Shown piece by piece: positions 40,100-48,554 of a stretch of 64,000 nucleotides of DNA (positions within the stretch are counted from its first letter, which is position 1; each line of letters opens with the position of its first letter). This DNA is from an uncultured Gammaproteobacteria bacterium (lineage in GTDB: Bacteria; Patescibacteriota; Patescibacteriia; JAHIZJ01): contig CAZQLY010000005.1 in the NCBI GenBank assembly GCA_964594455.1, forward strand, positions 1,682-65,681. Reading direction: 5' to 3'. A program made the position numbers and the translations under genes. The notes below the pieces were generated by a model. The model saw only the letters and a program-made list of their open reading frames with translations. It was not told where the DNA came from and did no database searches.

Positions 40100-40435
40100 A
40101 TGTCACCACGACCATACAAATTAAGGCATGTTCGCCATCAACCAGGCGCCACCTATTATAAACCTCGTGGCATACCCATGCGCCAGTTGGAAGAGGTGAT
40201 CCTAACTATTGATGAAAACGAGGCCATCAGGCTGAAAAACTTGGAAGGTCTGGACCAAACAGATTGTGCGGCAAAGATGAAAGTCTCTCAGAGTACTTTT
40301 CAGCGAATCTTGGTTTCTGCCAACAAAAAAATCGCTGATGCGCTAACAAACGGCAAAGCGATAAAAATAGAGGGTGGAAACATTAAATTACCGAGAGGCT
40401 TTGGGCGCCGACATCGGCACCGTGGCTGGCAATAA
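40100..40435 (+). CDS. DUF134 (UPF0251) predicted DNA-binding protein
   Basis: PRGIPMRQLEEVILTIDENEAIRLKNLEGLDQTDCAAKMKVSQSTFQRILVSANKKIADALTNGKAIKIEGG matches the DUF134 consensus. Confidence 0.6.
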   Translation: MSPRPYKLRHVRHQPGATYYKPRGIPMRQLEEVILTIDENEAIRLKNLEGLDQTDCAAKMKVSQSTFQRILVSANKKIADALTNGKAIKIEGGNIKLPRGFGRRHRHRGWQ

Positions 40436-40443
40436 ACAGTCTC

Positions 40444-40518
40444 TGGTGACCCCACGGGGAGTCGAACCCCGATTGCCAGGTTGAGAACCTGGTGTCCTAA
40501 CCATTAGACGATGGGGCC
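40444..40518 (-). tRNA. tRNA-Glu (anticodon CUC), intact
   Basis: Minus-strand GGCCCCATCGTCTAATGGTTAGGACACCAGGTTCTCAACCTGGCAATCGGGGTTCGACTCCCCGTGGGGTCACCA. All stems pair and CCA is encoded. Confidence 0.85.
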
Positions 40519-40569
40519 ATGATTAGGGCTTTAATATTCTCTATATCTTTGTGTTTCTAAATCCAAGCG

Positions 40570-40666
40570 TGTCCTAACCCGCCTCGCCCGACTTGCGCGA
40601 GCGAGTCGAGGCGGGCCCAGCCTCGACTTGCCGTCTTGGCGAGGCAGGCCATTAGACGATGGGGCC
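40570..40666 (-). pseudogene. 5' fragment of tRNA-Glu (positions about 1-26), duplicated 51 nt upstream of the intact gene and interrupted in the D-loop by two tandem GC hairpin elements
   Basis: GGCCCCATCGTCTAATGG-[33-nt hairpin][38-nt hairpin]-TTAGGACA, then diverges (CGCTTGG instead of CCAGGTT). Confidence 0.55.
40578..40648 (-). repeat. Two tandem GC hairpin elements (40578-40615: CCCGCCTCG-N20-CGAGGCGGG; 40616-40648: CCTGCCTCG-N15-CGAGGCTGG, a degenerate copy)
   Basis: Same arms and loop core (GACGGCAAGT) as the copies at 17514-17546 and 56798-56829. Confidence 0.65.
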
Positions 40667-40715
40667 ATGAATAACTTGACTCAGTGTATTGTAATTTGGG
40701 CTAAACGTCAATACT

Positions 40716-41744
40716 CTATTTCTTGGCTTTTAACTTTCTTCCTACATAAGCCGTCATATCGGCCAGACGGACTGAATAAGCCCACTCATTATCATACCAG
40801 GCTACCACTTTTACCAAATCGCCATCAATTACTTTGGTCAGCTCTAGATCAACAATACCGGAAAAAGAATTGCCAATATAGTCTGAGGAAACCAATGGTT
40901 CATCTGAGACGCCCATAATGCCTTTGTATTTGGGATTCTTTGAGGCATTAACTATGGTTTTATTCACTTCTTCTACTGTAACCTTTTTCTTTAACAGCAT
41001 GGTGAAATCTGATATGGAAACAACGGGCGTTGGAACACGGATTGCCATACCGTCAAAATGGTTTTTTAATTCTGGAATAGCTTCGGTCACGGCTATAGCT
41101 GCACCTGTACTGGTTGGCACAATACTCTCGGCTGCTCCCCTAGCCCGACGTAAATCCTTGTGCGGTCCGTCCTGAAGGTTCTGATCAGCCGTATATGAGT
41201 GCACTGTGGTCATGAAAGATTTCTTAACACCATATTTATCATTTAGCACTTGGATCACCGGCGCTATACAATTTGTGGTGCATGAACCCATATTGATCAC
41301 CGGCTCGCCTTTGTATTTTTTTTCATTAACTCCCAACAAAAGTGTGGGGACTCCTTGGCCTTTGGCTGGAGCTGAAATAATTACTTGCTTGGCGCCAGCC
41401 TTAATGTGCTGGGCTGCTTCTTCTTTGGTCCTGAACCTTCCAGTACATTCCAGCACTACATCTACTCTCAAGCGTTTCCAGGGCAGCTTAGCCGGTTCTT
41501 TGATGGCATACACTCTAATCGACTTACCATCTATTACTAAATTGTCTTTTCTGGCCTTGACTGTCTTGTTATACAAACGATAACTGGTATCGTGCTGTAA
41601 TAAATGAGCCAAGGTGGCTGGATCTGTTAAATCATTGATAGCAACAACTTGAACATTGTTCTTTTCCATCAAGGCTTTAAAGGTGGTGCGGCCAATCCGG
41701 CCAAAGCCATTGATGGCTACTCTGACTGGTTGTGTTTTTTTCAT
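40716..41744 (-). CDS. gap: Glyceraldehyde-3-phosphate dehydrogenase
   Basis: VAINGFGRIGR N-terminal motif, catalytic SCTTNC, and length consistent with GAPDH. Confidence 0.9.
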   Translation of the reverse strand: MKKTQPVRVAINGFGRIGRTTFKALMEKNNVQVVAINDLTDPATLAHLLQHDTSYRLYNKTVKARKDNLVIDGKSIRVYAIKEPAKLPWKRLRVDVVLECTGRFRTKEEAAQHIKAGAKQVIISAPAKGQGVPTLLLGVNEKKYKGEPVINMGSCTTNCIAPVIQVLNDKYGVKKSFMTTVHSYTADQNLQDGPHKDLRRARGAAESIVPTSTGAAIAVTEAIPELKNHFDGMAIRVPTPVVSISDFTMLLKKKVTVEEVNKTIVNASKNPKYKGIMGVSDEPLVSSDYIGNSFSGIVDLELTKVIDGDLVKVVAWYDNEWAYSVRLADMTAYVGRKLKAKK

Positions 41745-41782
41745 ATCAATTCGTCAATTATTATTTAGTCGATATTTCATAA

Positions 41783-42298
41783 TTAATCTGGACAGCGCGT
41801 GGACCACACGTATGTAGCATCTCCCAAGCCAAAGTTTACCAAACCCATATTGCAATTATCCTCTTGGGGAATTCCCTCTTCCATATTTTCCTCTAACAAG
41901 AAAAAAAGTACATAATCGTGGTGCTGGCCTCCTTGGTCATTAATATCATCGGCATAGATATAAACATCATAATCCTCGTGATAGTGTCCTCTGGGATCTT
42001 CGGGCAGTGGTGTAATAAAATCTGATAAGGGTCTAACCGGTAAGCCCCAGGATGGATCGGCAGTAACACATACTGAGTAGCCATTGTAGTCATCACAACC
42101 GTCAAATGGATATAGTCCTGTCTGGTCAAAATATAAATATAGTGCCGTTTGAAGAGTGGCAATATCTGCTCTTCTCTTGGCGTCCCTGGCTTCACGACGG
42201 CTATTATTCAACATTATTAGAGCTAAGGTGGATAACAAACTTATAATGGCTATGACTACCAGCAGTTCTATCAATGTGAAGCCTTTATCTCTTTTCAT
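41783..42298 (-). CDS. Type IV pilin / pseudopilin-like protein (class III signal peptide)
   Basis: N-terminal KGFTLIELLVVIAIISLL prepilin cleavage/methylation motif. C-terminal Cys pair. Confidence 0.65.
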   Translation of the reverse strand: MKRDKGFTLIELLVVIAIISLLSTLALIMLNNSRREARDAKRRADIATLQTALYLYFDQTGLYPFDGCDDYNGYSVCVTADPSWGLPVRPLSDFITPLPEDPRGHYHEDYDVYIYADDINDQGGQHHDYVLFFLLEENMEEGIPQEDNCNMGLVNFGLGDATYVWSTRCPD

Positions 42299-42309
42299 AT
42301 TTATTACTA

Positions 42310-42810
42310 CTAATTACATCTGGTAGACCAAATTCTTGGCGGATCCGGCGGAAACAGGTCTTGAGGCCCTTCACCACATTTATCATCCTGGGGCGGCACT
42401 TCTAATCTGAAAAAGACTGTATAATGTTGGTACTCCGGTGCATCAGAATAATATATATATTGGTCAAAATTCTCATTGGAATGTCCACCTGGATCTTCGG
42501 GCGGAGGCGAGGTATAGCCCTCCAGGTGGGGTATCCAATAGGGATCGCCGGCGGCAGTACTGGAAAGACAAACCCATTTACCGTTCTGCTGCTGGCAATT
42601 GCTGGGAGGGTAATTTCCATTTTGATCATAAAACAATTCAAAAACAGTTTGCATTATTGCCACGTCAGCCATGCGCTTACCATCGCGTGCCTTCTTTCGC
42701 GTATCTGTTAACGCGATTATTGCCAAAGTGGATAATAATCCAATTATCGCAATAACTACCAGCAGCTCTATCAGGGTGAAGCCAAATATGTTTTTTTTGC
42801 TCAGAGCCAT
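42310..42810 (-). CDS. Type IV pilin / pseudopilin-like protein, paralog of the upstream gene
   Basis: N-terminal FGFTLIELLVVIAIIGLL prepilin motif. Same layout as 41783-42298. Confidence 0.65.
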   Translation of the reverse strand: MALSKKNIFGFTLIELLVVIAIIGLLSTLAIIALTDTRKKARDGKRMADVAIMQTVFELFYDQNGNYPPSNCQQQNGKWVCLSSTAAGDPYWIPHLEGYTSPPPEDPGGHSNENFDQYIYYSDAPEYQHYTVFFRLEVPPQDDKCGEGPQDLFPPDPPRIWSTRCN

Positions 42811-42812
42811 AG

Positions 42813-43667
42813 TTATATTTTATTAGCAGAGCCTAATACTTTTATTTTTTCTTTAGCCATTTCTTTGATGGCCTCTATTGTCGGTGTCATGAGAGCCCGA
42901 GGTCCGGTTATTTTTTTACTCGTTTTCAGAGTCTTCTTTATCGAATCTACAAAAGTTGTCTTAGTCTCGGTACCAATATTGACTTTAGTCATACCGGCTT
43001 TTATTGCCTTCCCTATTTCAGCATCAGGCAGGCCAGAAGCTCCGTGTAAAACTAATGGAATATCTACTTTTTCCCGAACTTTTTTCAGCAGATCAAAGTG
43101 TATTTTCTCATTTTTAAACTTCCCATGTACGGTGCCCAATGCCGCTGCCAGCATATCAACATCAGTCTGTTCAACGAATTCTTCAACCTCTTCCGGTTGA
43201 ACCAAAGGAATTTTGCCCTTGAAAACTCCGGTCTCTCCGTGACCACCATAGATGGCACCTAATTCACCCTCTACCCATATCTTTTTCTGATGGGCGTAAC
43301 GAACTACCTTTCTGCTAAGCTCGACATTTTTTTCAAACGGAAAAGAAGATCCATCGATTTGAATCGAAGAAAAGCCTTCGTCAATACAGGTCTTGGCCGA
43401 CTCAAAACTACGGCCGTGATCTAGATGCAAGGCTATAGGTACACTTACAGCCTGGTTTTCCGCTATTGTCTTTATGATTTCAGAAATGGTCTGCCGTCCA
43501 GCAAAAGAAATAGTAAATTCGGACACCCCGATAATAACTGGGGAACGCATTTCTACGGCCGCTTGAGCTACCGCTAAAGCTGTTTCCAGATTATAGACAA
43601 TAAAACAACCAATACCGTATCCCTCTTTATAGGCTTTTTGGATAATGAAGTCTGTCTTAATCAGCAT
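42813..43667 (-). CDS. fba: Class II fructose/tagatose-bisphosphate aldolase
   Basis: Class II FBA pattern (ALHLDHG, GELG, HGASG). Confidence 0.85.
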   Translation of the reverse strand: MLIKTDFIIQKAYKEGYGIGCFIVYNLETALAVAQAAVEMRSPVIIGVSEFTISFAGRQTISEIIKTIAENQAVSVPIALHLDHGRSFESAKTCIDEGFSSIQIDGSSFPFEKNVELSRKVVRYAHQKKIWVEGELGAIYGGHGETGVFKGKIPLVQPEEVEEFVEQTDVDMLAAALGTVHGKFKNEKIHFDLLKKVREKVDIPLVLHGASGLPDAEIGKAIKAGMTKVNIGTETKTTFVDSIKKTLKTSKKITGPRALMTPTIEAIKEMAKEKIKVLGSANKI

Positions 43668-43669
43668 GT

Positions 43670-44431
43670 TTAAGTTGATGATTTTATTATTTTGGTAAAT
43701 TTTTCTACATCTAGACTGGCCGCTCCGACTAAGGCGCCTTCAACTCTGGGTATTTTTAAATAGTCCTTCACATTGCCGCCATCAACGCTACCGCCGTATA
43801 TGATGCGAATATTTTCTTCCACCAGGTTCTGGGGCAGCATGTCTATTAACGCCTGATATATCAAATCAACCATCGGGGCTACTTGCTCAGGAGTAGCTGG
43901 ACCGTTCGGGCTGATTGCCCAAACTGGCTCATACGTAACAATTATGGGAATTTCTCCGGACACCTGTTTGAGAGCTGTTTTTAACTGATTCAAGACCACT
44001 AATTCACTTTTGCCACTGGATCGCTGATCATAAGTTTCTCCTATGCACAAAATGGGCGTCACTCCTTCAATAAGAAGATTGTGAAGTTTTTTGTTGACCA
44101 TGTCATCAGTCTCTTTTAGGCTACGGCGTCTTTCAGAATGACCAATGATACAATATTCAGCTCCGGCTTCTTTGATCATCATGGCCGACACCTCACCAGT
44201 TAGAGCGCCCTGTTTTTCTACAGCCACATCCTGGGCCCCAAGTTTTACTGGGAATTTTCTTAACTGTTCGTCCACCTGACAAAGACCAACATGACTGGGG
44301 CACAATACAACGTCAACTTTGTTAGAATATTTTCCCTGCGCTTTAACAACCTGTCTAGCCAAACCAGCCTCTTCCTCGGGCAGCAGGTTCATCTTCCAGT
44401 TAGCTATAATTATGTTGTTTCTTTTTATCAT
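43670..44431 (-). CDS. tpiA: Triosephosphate isomerase
   Basis: ANWKMN, IGHSERR and YGGS motifs. Confidence 0.9.
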   Translation of the reverse strand: MIKRNNIIIANWKMNLLPEEEAGLARQVVKAQGKYSNKVDVVLCPSHVGLCQVDEQLRKFPVKLGAQDVAVEKQGALTGEVSAMMIKEAGAEYCIIGHSERRRSLKETDDMVNKKLHNLLIEGVTPILCIGETYDQRSSGKSELVVLNQLKTALKQVSGEIPIIVTYEPVWAISPNGPATPEQVAPMVDLIYQALIDMLPQNLVEENIRIIYGGSVDGGNVKDYLKIPRVEGALVGAASLDVEKFTKIIKSST

Positions 44432-44926
44432 TTAAAAAATGTTACTTACTCCTAAAGTTATTATCGTCATTATCAGGCCGGCAATAACTACTCCAATTGA
44501 TATTAACGGTAGGGATTTCTTGGGTGGTATACCAAACACAAAGGCCGCTACGCTTCCAGTCCATCCTCCAGTGATCGGCAAAGGTATGGCCACAAAGGAT
44601 ATCAGGGCCAGGGCACCATATTTTTCAAACTTTCTGGAATGCTGACGTCTGGTTCTTTCGAACAGCCAGGTGAAAAACCGGTTAAAAAAATAGAATCGTT
44701 TCATCAACCAACGAGAACCTGAATTCAGGCCCCAAACCAATATCACTACTGGAATCATGTTTCCGATAACTGCATAAACAAAGGTGGTGACAACTGACAG
44801 GTCAAACACTGTTAAACCCACTGGGATAGCAGCACGTAGTTCAGCTATTGGTAATGTGGAAATGAGCAAAACCGCTAATTCGGGCGAAAGGCCGCTAAAA
44901 ACTTGTGCCCAATCTATATCAAACAT
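44432..44926 (-). CDS. Small-multidrug-export-like membrane protein family (Sm_multidrug_ex-like)
   Basis: LPIAELRAAIPVG motif and four TM helices. Weak family call. Confidence 0.4.
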   Translation of the reverse strand: MFDIDWAQVFSGLSPELAVLLISTLPIAELRAAIPVGLTVFDLSVVTTFVYAVIGNMIPVVILVWGLNSGSRWLMKRFYFFNRFFTWLFERTRRQHSRKFEKYGALALISFVAIPLPITGGWTGSVAAFVFGIPPKKSLPLISIGVVIAGLIMTIITLGVSNIF

Positions 44927-44946
44927 ACCATATTTTCCTAATATTT

Positions 44947-45879
44947 TTAATCATTATCCCAACTCCAGTTCTCAAATCCCCAGGTTAATAAGCCCTTAGT
45001 TTCTTGGAACCGGTCTTCGGCACTGGATGCTCCCAATACAACAGAAACTATTTGGTGACCCCGTCCATCATCAGTCCTAACCACTAAGCAGTTACCCGCT
45101 TCATTGGTGAAACCGGTCTTGCTGCCTGTTATTTTGATGAATGAATCAAACAACTGGTTGGTGTTGTCAATGTTGATTTTTCTTTGTCGACCAATAGTTT
45201 GAAAAGTATAATCAGCCTGTCTGGAGACTTCTTCAATAAATGAATTGTTAAACGCAAAACTGGCCAGACGGGCAATTTCATAAGCTGTAGAAACATTGTT
45301 CGTGCTTAATCCGGTAACATCATCAAATGAAGTTTGGGTTAGCCCTAGATCCTTAGCTCGCTGGTTCATTTCTGACAAAAAATCCTCCCGTGATAGGCCA
45401 GATAATCTAGCCAAAGCTTCTGTGGCATTGTTAGCAGAGCCTACCAAGCTGGCATTAAATAAATCCCAGACCGTCAGACGTTCCCCTTCCCGTAAATCTA
45501 AATTACCGCCCGGAACCTGGTCAGCCTCAATAATTTCTGCTTCCGAATTGAACCCCGGGTTATGATCCAAAAAAACCAGCGCCGTCATCAGCTTGGTGAT
45601 GCTGGCAATCGGTCTGACTTCATTAGGGTTTTTTTGAAATAAAATCGTTAGACTGTCGGGATCATATAACACTGTAGAGCCCGCAGTGGTTTCAATGCCT
45701 AGACTGTCAGTAATTTTCTGAGGTGCTGATGACTGGTATATCAGCGAGGAAGTTCGTTGCTCAACCACCACACTCACTTGGTTATCGCTGGAAATCTCAT
45801 AGGTCAAAGGGTTAACAATCCAGGCTGATGGAATCAGCTGAGATAAGACTAATATTCCAATGATAAGTGAGTGGTTCAT
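44947..45879 (-). CDS. D-alanyl-D-alanine carboxypeptidase (peptidase S11, PBP5-like)
   Basis: Signal peptide. SITK (SxxK), SxN-like and KTG motifs (FIKITGSKTG). Confidence 0.65.
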   Translation of the reverse strand: MNHSLIIGILVLSQLIPSAWIVNPLTYEISSDNQVSVVVEQRTSSLIYQSSAPQKITDSLGIETTAGSTVLYDPDSLTILFQKNPNEVRPIASITKLMTALVFLDHNPGFNSEAEIIEADQVPGGNLDLREGERLTVWDLFNASLVGSANNATEALARLSGLSREDFLSEMNQRAKDLGLTQTSFDDVTGLSTNNVSTAYEIARLASFAFNNSFIEEVSRQADYTFQTIGRQRKINIDNTNQLFDSFIKITGSKTGFTNEAGNCLVVRTDDGRGHQIVSVVLGASSAEDRFQETKGLLTWGFENWSWDND

Positions 45880-46457
45880 TGTTGCTCTTTTGTTTCCTCT
45901 CCCTCTTCCTCGGGATTAAGTTCTAATACTTTTTCCAAGGTCACGTGCTGAGAAAGTTTTTCATAATCTGGAAGCTCATTGACGCTATTGACTCCCAAGT
46001 AACGGACGAAATCAAAAGTCGCGCTGTAAAAAGTCTGCATTTTTTCTTTGTCCTCTTGCATTTCTACTAATCCTTTAATCATGAGATTGCGCAAAATCAA
46101 GCTACAGTTTACGCCCCTGATCTGCTCTAAATCACTCTTGGTGATGGGTCCACGATAAACAATGATAGTCAGCGTCTCTAGAGCGGGCTTGGTCAGATCA
46201 CCAAATTGTTCGTCCTTAAGATAGCTTTCAACCACCTTGCGGCAATCCGGATGACTCATGAACTGGATCTTTGAGTTGTGGGTAACTAGCTGGATTCCCC
46301 TGTTTTGATCGTTATAATCTTTGCGCAAATCGGCTACCGCGTCTTTGACGGCTTCCGTTTCCGCCTGGAGAAGTTCAGCGATTTTGCTGTAGCTGAGCGG
46401 TTTGGTAGCTACAAATAGTAAGCCCTCCAGTTTATTCTTCAGTGACTGGTTCGTCAT
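45876..46457 (-). CDS. scpB: Segregation and condensation protein B
   Basis: LEGLLFVATKPLSYSKIAELL wHTH pattern. Sits downstream of scpA. Confidence 0.75.
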   Translation of the reverse strand: MTNQSLKNKLEGLLFVATKPLSYSKIAELLQAETEAVKDAVADLRKDYNDQNRGIQLVTHNSKIQFMSHPDCRKVVESYLKDEQFGDLTKPALETLTIIVYRGPITKSDLEQIRGVNCSLILRNLMIKGLVEMQEDKEKMQTFYSATFDFVRYLGVNSVNELPDYEKLSQHVTLEKVLELNPEEEGEETKEQQ

Positions 46458-47142
46458 ACACTTTGATAGTTATATCTTTAAAAATATTCTCTTGGACTAC
46501 CACAATGCTTTCTTGCTTGATTAATTCCAGCAATGCCAGAAAAGTCACGATAATATCAGTCTTTGATTCAGCAGCATCAAGCAAAGTGCGAAAATTGGTT
46601 TGGGGGTTGGCATAAATCAAATTGCGTATCTGGTCAATTTTTTCCTGGATAGAAACCGTACGTTCAATCACATCTTCCGGCACACTGACTAGAGGCTCCA
46701 ATTTCTGGAGTAGAGACAGCATCATCTTGTGCAAGTCCTTCATGTCAAGATTGGGCGGTGGGCTGAAAATCGGTTCCATAAACGACCGACTGGCTTCCCG
46801 AACGTAAGAAAACCTTCTTTTTCTGATCATTTTATGGATATTTTTTGAAGCTTCTAAATACTCTTTGTAAATCTTGAGCTGCTTCTCTAGATCTATTTCC
46901 TCTTCTTCCGGTCCTAGCATTGGTAAGAGAGCTTTTGATTTAATCAAAAGCAGTTTGGCAGCTACAACCAAGAAATCTGCCAGCTCTTCGGCATTTATAT
47001 TCCGCAACGTATCTAAGTAAACTAAGTATTGATCCGTTACTTTTGCTAGAGAAACCGTAGTAATGTCTAGTTTTTCTTCCTCAATCAGTCTGAGTAAGAG
47101 GTCTAATGGTCCTTCAAATTGCTCAAGTTTTATCTTATACAT
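46432..47142 (-). CDS. scpA: Segregation and condensation protein A
   Basis: KLEQFEGPLDLLLRLIEEEKLDIT N-terminal ScpA signature. Confidence 0.8.
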   Translation of the reverse strand: MYKIKLEQFEGPLDLLLRLIEEEKLDITTVSLAKVTDQYLVYLDTLRNINAEELADFLVVAAKLLLIKSKALLPMLGPEEEEIDLEKQLKIYKEYLEASKNIHKMIRKRRFSYVREASRSFMEPIFSPPPNLDMKDLHKMMLSLLQKLEPLVSVPEDVIERTVSIQEKIDQIRNLIYANPQTNFRTLLDAAESKTDIIVTFLALLELIKQESIVVVQENIFKDITIKVYDEPVTEE

Positions 47143-47159
47143 CCGATGTTTTTTTATAT

Positions 47160-47627
47160 TTACTTTTTCTTAGAAATTGAACCCACAATTGGTGATTCGA
47201 CTTTTATCAAGCTGGCAGGAGTTATTTTAATCGATTCTTCAAAACTGCCCGAACCAACTAGAATCTTTTTTTGTTTTTTCAGGGCAGCATCCAAATAAAC
47301 TGGAAGTTTGTAGAGCTGGCCAAAGGGAGTAATAGCACCAGGTTTTATCTTCAATTTTGTTTTCATCACATTTTCTTTGAGGATAGATATTTTTTTAGCT
47401 TTAGCTAATTTTTTTAATTTTCCAAAATCTAGCTTAGCAGAAGCGGGCAGAACCGTTAAAGCCAATCCAGTGTCTACTTTGACTAACAAAGTTTTGGCAA
47501 TCTCTGGCAGTTTCATTTTAAGAGTCTGGGCCAGGTCATAAGCCGTAAAAACAGTCTTGTGCTCAACCGTTTCATATTTAACTTTGTTTTTGTCTAAATA
47601 ACTTAGAGTTTTTTTAGGAATGGCCAT
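47160..47627 (-). CDS. YbaK/ProX-family aminoacyl-tRNA deacylase domain protein
   Basis: ETVEH..VFTAYDLA...EIAKTLLVK.D.GLALTVLPA...ITPFG pattern. Confidence 0.55.
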   Translation of the reverse strand: MAIPKKTLSYLDKNKVKYETVEHKTVFTAYDLAQTLKMKLPEIAKTLLVKVDTGLALTVLPASAKLDFGKLKKLAKAKKISILKENVMKTKLKIKPGAITPFGQLYKLPVYLDAALKKQKKILVGSGSFEESIKITPASLIKVESPIVGSISKKK

Positions 47628-47645
47628 GGGTTTATATTTAAATTA

Positions 47646-47993
47646 TTATTTTTTGCGCGTTGTTTTACTAGTGGCTGTCTTGACTGCTTCAGCTATTTGA
47701 TAAATATCCATTTTTATCCCACCGACCCAATCAGACCAAAGGTTGTAAATTAGGGCCACTAATCCGCCGATGACAAAACCCATGATAAATCCGCCACCAG
47801 CCATGAAGGGAATCATCACCAGAAAAGCACCCGCACTACTAGACACGCTAAAGGGCATTAAGTCATTTATGGCTAAGCCCGTCGGTACAATAATAAACAT
47901 GAAAAACAGCAGCATGATTAAATAAATAGAACCGACAATAAATCCCGTCATCAGAGCCAGTGGCATTACGTGGAGTTTTTTGATCTCGTACAT
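47646..47993 (-). CDS. Small integral membrane protein
   Basis: Three hydrophobic helices. Unknown function. Confidence 0.35.
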   Translation of the reverse strand: MYEIKKLHVMPLALMTGFIVGSIYLIMLLFFMFIIVPTGLAINDLMPFSVSSSAGAFLVMIPFMAGGGFIMGFVIGGLVALIYNLWSDWVGGIKMDIYQIAEAVKTATSKTTRKK

Positions 47994-48005
47994 AATTATT
48001 TTGTA

Positions 48006-48554
48006 TTACTGATCTGTTAGTTGTTTTTTCTTTTGTAGGAATAATACCAGTCCGGTCAAAACCACAACCAAAGCGAAAAACACAATGTAAATGCCGAGCG
48101 TCTTCTGCTGCACTACCAAGAAGGATCCTAGCTCGATCACTAGATGTAGCAAAATCCAGAAAGCGAATATCAGATAAGCCCAGGTTAAGCCTCGATAATA
48201 TGATTGGGGACTTTTCTTCAAATGAGTAAAAAAGTAAAGGATCACTGCACCCAGCAACACCGGCAGAGTAAAGGCCGTGTGGAGCAATAGCTCATATAAA
48301 CGATAGCTACCCGAATCACACTGCGTACCGGAATACAAACTCTGAAGATTGTCATACATTAATAATGGCTCGTAATAACTGCCACGACAGCTGCCATATT
48401 CTGGGTTAAACGATTTGTTCAAATCGGTAAATACTCTTTCGCCAAACAATACTAAGACTATAGTAAGAATTACAATTAATAATACCACTATGGGTAAGGT
48501 GTGGCGTTTTTTTGAAGACGCGATAGGAGCGTTTGCTAATACGTTATTGGCCAT
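48006..48554 (-). CDS. Integral membrane protein
   Basis: Four to five TM helices. Overlaps the upstream gene by 11 nt. Confidence 0.35.
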   Translation of the reverse strand: MANNVLANAPIASSKKRHTLPIVVLLIVILTIVLVLFGERVFTDLNKSFNPEYGSCRGSYYEPLLMYDNLQSLYSGTQCDSGSYRLYELLLHTAFTLPVLLGAVILYFFTHLKKSPQSYYRGLTWAYLIFAFWILLHLVIELGSFLVVQQKTLGIYIVFFALVVVLTGLVLFLQKKKQLTDQ

